Origin: Lingula anatina
Taxonomy: Eukaryota > Animalia > Brachiopoda
Reading direction: 5' to 3'
Assembly (NCBI GenBank): GCA_051362555.1
Contig: CM120648.1
Span: 12,148,587-12,212,586, forward strand
Length of the DNA: 64,000 nucleotides
Shown in pieces: positions 1 through 10,250 of the stretch. A program made the translations under genes and the position numbers. The notes beneath the pieces were generated by a model. The model was given only the letters and a program-made list of their open reading frames with translations. It was not told the DNA's origin and did no database searches. Each line of letters opens with the position of its first letter. Within the stretch, counting starts at the first letter, position 1.

Positions 1-1636
1 AGAAGTACTCATCCTTGTTTCGATCAGGCTTTTGAAAGAAAATTCGTTCTCTGTTATAGCATTCAGGGAAAATAGGATGAAAATAAGACAGCAAAACATT
101 TATAAGAAGCTGGCCTAAATGCAAGCACGCGCAGGCGCGCGTATCACTGCACAAGGTTTTATTCAGTTATAATTGATATTTAATCATTTGTATGAATTCG
201 CGTGCTCTCGGGGCGCCCATTGTCCAATTTAACTGGCTCTATATCCTACAATTGTTATGTATTCCATATGCGTAATCTAGACTTTAAATTCGTAGATGGA
301 TGATTTCTTAATTTTCAATGAGATTATTGCGTGGACTGCTTTATTGTTCTGCGGCGCACGCTTACATCGCGCCAGTGAGCCTCGCCCAAAGGGGTCTACG
401 AGTAGTATCGCTAAAACGATGTCTTTGCAATTAATTGTCAAATATGTTTGGGATTGAAATCACGCATGGTGCTTATTGTAAATAAATACTTCCCATATGG
501 CGTCTAATAATCTGCGATTGGCTTTTAATTCACATAATAAATATTTCCCTCTATTATATTTCTATTGATGGTAATGGAATATGATTTCGGAGTGGAAAGG
601 AAATATATTAAGGTAGAAATAAGACACGTCAATTTCATGTTATAGCATTATATTACCATAAAACAGTTCAGTCAGACGAATGCTATGAGAAAGAGAGCTT
701 TATCAATTTGATGTTATTTAAAACTTTAAAAACTTCTTTTAAAAAGCACAGAATGAGTATTTAACCTTTGAATAGAAACATTTTAATAGAAATTTCACCA
801 TTTTTCTCTTTAAAACCATCAAGGCGTAGCCTATCCAACCTCGCTAGTTTTTATTTATTTATTTATTTATTGTGTAATAATAAGGTAATTTTAACCGTTA
901 TTTATAGTATTGTGTGCGACGCGAGACACAGGTGGTGAAACCGGCTGCTCCCCGCGCGTCACTTACTAAAACATCCCCGCAGAGATTACACCAAACAGTG
1001 ATCACATTAACGATTTCATTTGTTCCCCGAACAAAAACCAGGTTGTTTACATTCTATAACTTAATAACTTTCTATATCGTTCTCGGTCAATAACGGTGTA
1101 ACATACGAACCACATACAAAGACTTAAGCAATATACCTTGGAGACTTAGAGAATATTACGGTATTCGCGAGCGCGGGCACAATTAATTCTCTTTATAATT
1201 ATCCATGGAGTTCGATAATACCAAGTATGGCTGAGCCTCAGGGATTAAGCACTGGGCCCAGAAAGCTGAATGGTTAATCGCACAAATGAAGTAGGCCAAA
1301 ATCTCCGCCCAAATTCTTATTTTGTCAAAAACAATCACGGCGTGTTTATAGAATTTGATTAATAATTGAATTGCCTTAGAGTCGTAGCGGTTCCGCTCGC
1401 CCCGAGGAGACGCGGGCGGTATTGTTAAGTGTAGTTTAAGGAGGGGCGAGTTAACAGAGGAGAAATGACCATTCTGTGTGGATCAAATAAATCAAACAAA
1501 CTGAAACGCAGCTGGGACTGGACTCCAAGATGGCGACTATGATGTCCCTTATCAAGTCTGTCATCAAGTATGCATGTACTCTTCCAACCGTGTTCATTTT
1601 CTCCCCTCTGTCTTTTTATTATCCTGTTCTCAACCT

Positions 1637-1975
1637 TATTGTCCTGAGATTTACCCAACTTTTTCAATTTTATCATAAATATTGTGATTGTGATGTAAAG
1701 TTTTTTAATTGAAGAATCTGCAGTGAATGCCATGGGGAAATGCCACAGATTTCATCGAGTTACGCGTAGGTCCTACTCCCTCCCCCCTTGTCCTGAGATT
1801 TGCCCTACTTTTTCATTTTTATCATTAATTTTGTGGTTGTGGTATAAATTTTTTTATTGATCGAAGAATCTGCAGTAAATGCTATAGGGAAATACCACAG
1901 ATTTCAGCTAATTACGTGAAGGCCCTACCCCACCCCCACCCCCGCCTAAGATTTACCCTACTTTTTCACTTTTAA
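1637..1975. repeat. Diverged ~150-bp tandem repeat (~2.2 copies)
   Basis: TTGTCCTGAGATTT...GAAGAATCTGCAGT...CCACAGATTTCA repeated at about 1637 and 1788, with a partial third copy at about 1945. Confidence 0.75.
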
Positions 1976-2749
1976 TGATCCTCCCTTAGCTTCTGGGATT
2001 CTCCCTTCTCTCTCTCTCTTTTTCCCTTTTCCCCTCTCCCCTTCACGCTTCCCTTCTCCCATTCTCCCTTCTCCCTCCCCCAAAAAAAGTAGAACAAACG
2101 CAAAAAAAAATATTTTCTTCCCTGTGGCTTAGTCATTGTAGTAAAATACTTTTGATAACTGTTTTGTGCTTTATATTAAATTTTCCTTCCCTATTTACTG
2201 AAACTAGGAAGCTCGCTGTCAAAGGTTTATCATTCGCTGAACGGCAAAAAGCGTCAACTAGAGTAGAGTTTATGTTTTCTTTATTATTTTCACCGTGCAA
2301 ATTTTGATGACAAATGTACGAGATATCCCTCGTCTGTAAAATTTATAAAATACTACATGTACTGAACTTTGCTTTGTGCAGTGTGCTCACATCCTTTAAG
2401 GTGAAAACAACTGTTCATTTTGGCAAAAAATGGTTTCTCCTGAGGTAAACGATAATTTTCCAATGCTGTATGAATGAATGAATGGTTTAAAAATCCGTTC
2501 CGACATTCAAAGTTGTTAGTCCATGGTTTTTGAAAAAACGTTGTTTTTTTTTTACAATCTCTCAACACAAGAATAAAAAGAATAATGACCGCCGTTTTGG
2601 TGGTAAAGTAGAATTTATTATATTTCTATGAGTTCTTTATACCATTAACGTATTAATGTGAAATATGAATCTAATTTCCCTTTATTGTCGTCACTTGCTT
2701 GCTTTCATTTTTATCACTGTTATAAAATGTCTTTTATTCAATATTTTAG

Positions 2750-3249
2750 GGTATTACTGGCCCCCCTGGTCCACCCGGACCCCCAGGACCCCCGGGACCC
2801 GCGGGAGCAGCAGTCACCAAAGACATCTTAATGAAGGAGTTCAAAGACATGGTGAAAGGTAAACTTATGGTATAGTGAAATATAGTACAGTGCAATGTAG
2901 TGTAGTGTAGTTTCGTTACGCATCGTCTAGTCTAGTCTAGTCTACAGCAAAATGTTTGAAATTCGCCCGTTGTATTAGTTGGGAATTATAACAACAGGGG
3001 GGGGGGAGGGGTGCAAAATTTTCCACCTAAATTAGATGAAAATTTATCAATATCATTTCCCGAAACAATTTCTTATTGGTAATACCAGATAAACGTATTC
3101 CAAAATCGGTTTTGATCTTGTCAAAAAGCACGTTTTTAGGTCAAAAACTCGAGACCGTACTGCATTGTAGTAAGTTTTATAGTGTGTACGTAATTATCAT
3201 GATTGTGTTAGTTGTGACAGTGCGAATGCTTACTCGCTCTCTCTCTTAC

Positions 3250-3291
<42 letters not shown>

Positions 3292-4161
3292 TTACCCTAC
3301 CTTTAAACACTTACTGGCATCCACCCTGTCAGTGCTTCAGACTTATATTTTCCTTTGTCTATTTTCTTTTGGTATTAGAACAATATGGTCCAGCACATTA
3401 TATGGTGTTGGGGATTTCAAAACGGGACCTGTGCAGTCAGTAACAGACTTCAAGACGGTTTGGGAAAATTATTTGAAACTGGGTCTTTGCCTAAACTGTT
3501 TCTTTTTTTTTTTTTTTTTCAGAGGTGGCAGAGAGGCGAGCAGAGCAGCTTCTTGCCGTGCGAATACGAGTCATGGTAAGAGTCTAAATACGACAGAAAA
3601 CTATAGGTGTACAGCTATTACGTGAATTACTATCCACACTGGAATTATTTTGCTTTGATGTTGAGTTTTGCAATGTCTTATCTATACGAGCATTTCAATT
3701 TATTTGGAAATAGTTAAAGGTGAAATTAATAAATTAAGAATAAAATTCCATCTAAATAAAATTTTTGTTAAAATTGTAACTTGATGGAGAAATGAAACAT
3801 GAGTATTGGCTCATCTCGATATATTCCACGTATTTTTTTCTTTTGTTATGTATAAAACTATTCAAAATTTTTTTCTACCCTAGAATATTTTCAACTTTCA
3901 GTGTCCCGGATGTCAGCGAAGCAACTACACGGGGGCGCCACTGGGTCCAGGCATGTTTGATCTTGATGAGGTCACGGTCATACCAAAAATAAGCGCGGGC
4001 TTCCACTGTCGTCTGCGGAACGCTGTTTCAGTGTCCAGTAAAACATTCTTAGAATTAAAAAGATTTCAAATGGTAAGCTTATAATAATCTCAGCCATTGA
4101 TTATTTTGATAAATAAGTTTTAAAAATTAATGTTTAACTTTGTCACCTGTATAGAAAGCTG

Positions 4162-4198
<37 letters not shown>

Positions 4199-5296
4199 AC
4201 ACAGTTGTCCTCGTATCTCCTACACAAGTATAGAAATAAACAAATCTTTTTGGCTTTAATTCTGTTCTACCAGTACGAATTAACAAATTATTAGTATCAA
4301 AAGAAACACTGTCATATGTCTAATATATATTTTTCTATTTGCCAAAAGCCATTTGGCGGCGGTGCCTTTCAAAGAGGTGACGTATTTGATTCTAAAGAGG
4401 GCCGCTTTACGGCACCACGTGACGGAATATACCAGTTCTCTTCCAACATTCACTTCCGGCACGATGGTCACAAAAAAGGCAAAAAACGGAGATTACGGAA
4501 AAGGGATAGCATCCGAGTGCTGATATGCATCGAGTCATTATGTCAAAAGCATACGTAAGTACTAGTATAGATATAAAGTAAAACAACACTGTGATAAAAT
4601 AACTGCAACAAACTAATTGATTTGAAAGTGATTAAAACAATTGTATTTTTTGTATGTTTGTTTGTTTGTTTGCTTTGTTTGTTTGTTTGTTTAGAAGACG
4701 TTCCTTTTCAGATATGGTTAAATTTAAATAAAAATATTAATATGCTCATATGTGTAGATTTCTTTAGTTGAATGATTGATATTTAACAGTGCGTCGTGAT
4801 TTATATTTTTCGGTAGCACCGAAAGTTTTTGCCTTACAAATAACACAATTGGGACGTTACCGTGTAATTAACATGAATACTTTTTCCATCAGCTCACTGG
4901 AATACACCACGGGGTTAGAGAGTAACAGTCACGTGTTCACCGTTAGCCTGAACGGTTTGCTGCAGCTTCAGGTGGGTGGGGATGTAGCTAAAAAAAACAA
5001 TGTGTCTTATTATTATCATAATTATTATTATAACTTTTATTCCACTTTTGTTTGGCTTGATTTGTAAAATTTGGAAAGTTATGACGGTAGTTCAAAAATG
5101 CATTCAAATTCGGGAAATGTCACGTAAAACTTTGTGATTCAGAAGTAAAACTTAGTAACACACTGGATGAATGATCTTTTTTTCTCTCATTTTTCAGAAA
5201 GGGCAATACACCTCTGTCTACGTGGACAACGCGTCAGCCAGGGACATTTTCGTGCAGGGGGGCTCAGACTTTACCGGCGTATTAATTGGCGTATAG
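2750..5296 (+). CDS. C1QTNF12: Adipolin/erythroferrone (C1QTNF12/ERFE, FAM132 family)-like secreted C1q/TNF protein, 5'-partial. Exons 2750-2858, 3523-3575, 3902-4072, 4349-4554, 4893-4971, 5198-5296 (stop TAG)
   Basis: Six AG/GT-bounded exons with compatible phases give [19 protein letters not shown]...[16 protein letters not shown]...FHCRLRN...[35 protein letters not shown]...[54 protein letters not shown]...[11 protein letters not shown]. This has the short collagen stretch and the diagnostic FHCRL / LICIxSxC / SLExxxGLES / TSVxxDNAS motifs of ERFE/C1QTNF12. No signal-peptide exon was found in the window. The two vertebrate paralogues cannot be distinguished (probable pro-orthologue). Confidence 0.9.
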
Positions 5297-7478
5297 TGAT
5301 AAATGTGATGCAAATTGGCACATCTACTACTGTTGCATTTCTGGCGCACTGTTTGGCGTGCATGGGAAACAATAAAAATGTTAGTCACAGCTACCGGCGT
5401 GGTGTTCTAAGTGGCGTACTTGGACAACTGTAGGATCGCCATATATACTGTAATGACGTCACAGCTGGACACACTGCCTGATTGTGACTATTGGGATCTG
5501 CAATGACTGATGGTGTGTAAATTGGACTATGATTCAATTTTGATATCATCGTATTCATGCAAAGATACTTTTTACATGAGGATTTCTTAATGTTATCTGA
5601 CTATATGACAGCACTGCCTACCACAATGACGTCAGAGTAGAAGAAATTGATGCATGATGACAATCGTGATATTGTGACATCTTCACGATAGATTCACTGG
5701 CGGTATCTTATAATGAAAATACTGATTTTGCCACATTGACCGCAATGTCACAATGGTCGTATCAATCATCTTACACGGCACAAGTAGCAGGAGTTACCAC
5801 GTTAGCTTCATGGAAGCAGATGTTGGTTAATGAGATGTGGAGTGACGTCACATTTGCTGTAGTGACATCATCGAATGACGTCACATCTATCTCCAAGATG
5901 TCACATGTACCGACGCCACTTGTAACATGATGCAATACCATTGTCACATTCGAGACGACGTCAATTTTAACAAAAAGTGTATAATTTGAAACAGACAATG
6001 AATAGTCCGTGGAAATGATGAACGAGGATTCTTAAGGAGATTTACTTTATCAGAGGCTTGGAGCAGCCATAAATCTGCAATAAAATTCCCTTTATACTGG
6101 CTTTTGAAGCAGTTTAGATACAACGAAGGGAGAAAATGGAAATTGAACTTTACTTAAAACTCAATACGAATGTTCAGAGATCTTCGTTCAGCAGTTTCAG
6201 TGTCGTGAATAGCCATCTTATTAATTCTTTCAAAATGCTAGAATTTCATTTCGCCAATTGTAACGTGAAAAGCTTTTGACTGACTGATAAGACAATGAAG
6301 ATAGGCACACTGATACACGAATTAACGGTCATGGGTGTGGCACAGAGACACGTGCTTTGCAAGTGTCGCAAGTATATTGTAGGAACTCTTCCGTGGGTAA
6401 TGAGGCTATGCAATTGTCATGCATAAACTCCTAACTGTATATGTGCATGCAATACTCTCCTGATTTCACAAAGAAGAAACAGTACACTCGTTGTCAAAAT
6501 CTGCGGCAATGCCATTACTTCAGGTTCTTTTCTAGCCAATGGCATGTCGACGCGGATCATGTGATGGTTTGTTGGGTATCAACAAAGTCACATGGTACTT
6601 GCGTGTCAAGGTCAATGATCTGCCTAAATAGCTAAGCAATTCTTTGTGGAAAATGTACGGGTAAACGGTAAAATGCAGTAATTGTCTATGTCGTTGCTTT
6701 TATAAGAAAAATGCCTTTATCACAGGTGTTTTTATGCGTGCATTATATTTCAATACCATTATGGTTAGAAGTTCACGACCGAGATTTGAATCGTGCGACT
6801 TATCACTGCCACACCTATACAAGTCAACACCTGTTTCTTTTACCGGTTTTCTTGAAGGAATTCACCATTTCAATCATCAGCCTTTCTCTGAGAAGAAGAC
6901 TTGTTGGTTTTGTCAGAGATTGCCCATTTCCAAATTGCCATAGGATTAAGTGGTTTTTTGTTCATTAAGAACACGCCAGACAAAACAAATGGATAAACTG
7001 CCCTTTCAAGACCAATTGTTGATCTTTGTGGAAAGGGTAGAGATAGGCTGTATAGGTATTGTTGGGCAACAAATAAGAATGAATAATCAGACAACGAAGT
7101 AAACACTGTTATTAATATCGTTACAATGTAGGAAGTAAGGTCATGTATTAATTTATTTAATGGTTACCAATCTGTGTTGTAATTGAAATAATCCTTTAAA
7201 TAAGTTTATATAAGTACAGGGCAGATGTCGTCACAGTATAACTAACCGTGGCAACTGTCAACACATCACACAGTCATTTCCAAACGAAAAACCTGCATCA
7301 TCTATTAGAATGTTCTCTGTCGTAAGCGTACTTACTACTTGCCAAATTACACACAAATTCAAATAAAACACATTACAAACGTAACATATGACCCTGTGCA
7401 AAATGTGAGTCTGTATAATGAGCTGCCACATCTACACACTGACACTTTCAATAAAGAATTAGATCTAACATACTATTA

Positions 7479-7749
7479 TAGTGGCGGATTTGGGGGGGTC
7501 CTGACCCCCCCCCCCCCCCCACCCTTCGATTTCTGAAAATAAATCACACCAATGGTCCCCTATTAATATTAAAATTTTGACTAGCTGAATTATAGTTCTA
7601 AACCGTACCAAATGGCACCACTCGCCCTTTGAAATACCAAAAAAAAAATCAGGGCCCTCCAGCTGGGGGGGTGGGGGTGGAGAGAGTCGCTTTCGCATCC
7701 GCAAACCCCCCCCCCCCCTCCTTTTCAAATAATCCTGGATCCGCCCCTG
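7479..7749. mobile_element. hAT-like MITE (~270 bp)
   Basis: Imperfect TIRs TAGTGGCGGAT / ATCCGCCCCTG with internal G- and C-runs. No clear TSD. Confidence 0.55.
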
Positions 7750-8042
7750 TATTCCATCTAACATATTTTCACACCTTACACACTGTCAAATACAACACAC
7801 TAGAACCCGTCAGACACAATCATGCTTTATACACAGTCAGGGCATGAAAACAACACTTTGTGATGTGAATTACGTGAAACAGATATACTCCATTTTGTAA
7901 AGATTATTATAATAATAATTGTAAACATATTGATTGGCATAAATCGTAATATATTTTGTAATATATATAAATACATGTCAATAAATTTTATAGATGATAA
8001 TGGATGATTTCCTTGTGTTTAAAACATTTTGTCATTCAGAGA

Positions 8043-8318
8043 TTTTTACCTCCGCCAAGGAGGTTATGTTTTCACCCCTGTTTGTTTGTCTGTCTGTCTG
8101 CCTGTCATCAACATAACTCAAAAAGTTATGGACCAATTTTGATGAAATTTTCAGGAACTGTCAGAAGTGGGCCCAGGAATAGATGATTAATTTTTGGTGG
8201 TGATCCGGATCAATAATCAATCAAAAATCAAAAATATCGAAAATTTAGGGGTGAAAAGGCATGGGATGGAGACTTTGCTGCCTTGGCGGAGGTCTGCGCT
8301 CTCTGAGTGCTTTTCTAG
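8043..8318 (+). mobile_element. Helentron-associated non-autonomous element (HINE/DINE-like), family B
   Basis: 5' T-run, subTIR ACCTCCGCCAAGG, (GTTT/GTCT)n microsatellite, 3' inverted subTIR CCTTGGCGGAGGT, hairpin GCGCTC-TCT-GAGTGC, then TTTTCTAG. Confidence 0.75.
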
Positions 8319-8645
8319 TTATGTATAGACAAAGTTGTGTCTGCACATATTGTTGTCACCTGCGTCTGTTGTCGCCGTCGTCGCCGAGCACTTTCGGTGT
8401 TATGACGATAAGTGAAAAACTATTTGACTTTTTGTCTTCTTACTTACAGAACTGATGAATATTCATTAAATGAAGGCCGATTTCGAATATTTATCTATTG
8501 ATATCTTTACCATCTCAAGAATTTTGTTAATTGATCATATAAAAATGATAGTAAATTGGTCATTTTATATTATGTAAAAAAAGTGCTGAGAATTGATATT
8601 TCTCCTGATTTATTTCTGTACATTTGACAGCGTTGCTGCCTTATT
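8319..8645 (+). mobile_element. HINE family A, short internally deleted copy
   Basis: Starts ATGTATAGACAAAGTTGTGTCTGCACA plus (GTC/GCC) repeats and ends TCTGTACATTTGACAGCGTTGCTGCCTT. Same ends as the copies at 41093 and 55095. Confidence 0.7.
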
Positions 8646-8989
8646 TAAAACAATTAATGAAATATTGAAGTAAGATACCGTTATCGCTGTAATAGCGCCT
8701 TACTGATGAGATGTTTTGTTAACAAGTAGAACGGGCGAGTCCCTGGTCGATTTCAACTCTGGTTACTTTTCATTTACCGATTACATACACATGCATATTC
8801 ATGAAGTTCCCCGTCTTCTCTCTTTCTTATTTCTTTTTTTTTTTTCTTTCTTTTAAAAGATGAAATGTCGGATTGGGTCCCTGACCCGTACCATATGGAA
8901 AAATACTGATCTTAGTCCCAAGAATCTACTTCAGTACATTTTTACTTACGCCATATCTTCCCCAATACATGTATCTTTGAATCAGAGTG

Positions 8990-9510
8990 GAGAAAGGCAA
9001 AAATATGCACTGTACAACGAATTTGCCAAGACGAAAAAGAACGTATAGAATGGGATATGAAAAAAAAGGACACTGTCAAAACACATGCATTAAACACAGA
9101 AAAAAAATGGTTGTGTAAGGAAATTTGAGAACTGTGCGTGACTACCGAACATAATTATTATAAAAGCTGTGGGATGAACAATGAGAAAACCATTGATGTG
9201 GAGGGCGTTAATAAATTCTTTAAAAAGGGACACAATATTAGAGCTTGCATAAGGGAACAAACAAAAGGAAATAAAACAAATTATTGCCTAATTCAGCCCT
9301 TACAAAGGTAAACTACTCATGGTGAATAGCGCCTTTAGGCTCAGAGAGAAAATTTCAGGTGGTTTTCTACTATGGCATTTCAGACCAATTTCCGTATGAA
9401 ATTGAGCAATGATGCCACTATGCAAAGGGTGGTAGCCACCCTTGAAGAAAACCAGGACCGCGGGGAACAAAACTGCCTCAGCAACATGTGGCAAAACTCT
9501 AATTATATAA
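8990..9510 (+). pseudogene. Degraded LINE ORF1-like (RRM/CTD, Transposase_22-like) coding relic
   Basis: Across stops and frameshifts: KKNV*NGI..., KQIIA*FSPYKGKLLMVNSAFRLRE, YGISDQFPYEIEQ, PLKKTRTAGNK...GKTLII. These resemble the RPIIAKF..YKDK / ISxQFPxEIxxRR / GxK...DKL.I pattern of LINE ORF1 proteins. Confidence 0.5.
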
Positions 9511-9686
9511 TTACAGCCTACATCGTAACGGAACGGCACGAGTAAATCAAAGACCATAGCGAAATATCTGAGGGCGCTGTGTTTAGCTACAGCTGATTTT
9601 AATGGACGTAATTCTTCTCATCAAGTAATTTGTGGGTTGATGTGCGTTGGGTTGTTCTCAGTTTGGATTGGTTACTTCGAGAGGTG

Positions 9687-9942
9687 TTAGACCCCATTCA
9701 CATATAAACAGCGTACTAGCTGGGTCGGATCAACTCTGCAGGGGATCTAATTTCAATCAGTGGAGTCAAAGTAATTTTCCGACGCCCCTCCTCGAGCAGC
9801 TAGTAAGCAATTTAGCCGAACGCACATAAAAGTTAATCACTAACTAAGGGTGTCAATCTGTGTTGCCAACTGCACTTAGCGAGAGCCCCTCAGAGTTGAG
9901 CCGACCCAACTAGTACGCTTTGTCTATCTGAATGCTCCCTTA
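9687..9942. mobile_element. Palindromic MITE (PIF/Harbinger-like)
   Basis: Long imperfect TIR CATTCA.ATA.A.A.AGCGTACTAG.TGGGTCGG.TCAACTCTG, right end ...GAATGCTCCC-TTA. Confidence 0.65.
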
Positions 9943-10060
9943 GTCACAGTGGATAGACAGGCAGTGGATTAAGTATTAATATTTCAGTCTTCCTTCGTTT
10001 AGTTAATATTTTTTATTTCACGCATTGTTTTGCTGACTCTACAACAGACTCACGCACAAT

Positions 10061-10243
10061 GTAAGTATCATACCGAGCAACAGCTTTTCGTGTTCCTTTT
10101 TTATATTTACATTTAAAAATATTTTTGTTTCAAATTTTCTTACTCTTTATATGCACATTAATACATGTAGATTAACATAACTACTATTCACACACACAGC
10201 CAACTTTCTGCCTTGGTTTACATGTTTCGTCTTTGATTTTCAG
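10061..10243 (+). other. Putative 5'-UTR intron of the TLR gene
   Basis: Donor AT|GTAAGT at 10061 and pyrimidine-rich acceptor TTTGATTTTCAG ending at 10243, 7 nt before the ATG. Confidence 0.6.
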
Positions 10244-10250
10244 CGCAACA

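Noticed and set aside
1-1426. CpG-rich stretch ending in a GC hairpin plus TATTGTT, possibly the end of a Helitron/Helentron-type repeat or an upstream ERFE-like exon
   Set aside because: The other end is outside the window, and I found no exon with FAM132 N-terminal motifs; boundaries cannot be supported.
5736-5998. Val/Thr-rich short ORFs on both strands
   Set aside because: A by-product of the GTGAC/GTCAC motif cluster, with no splice or homology support.
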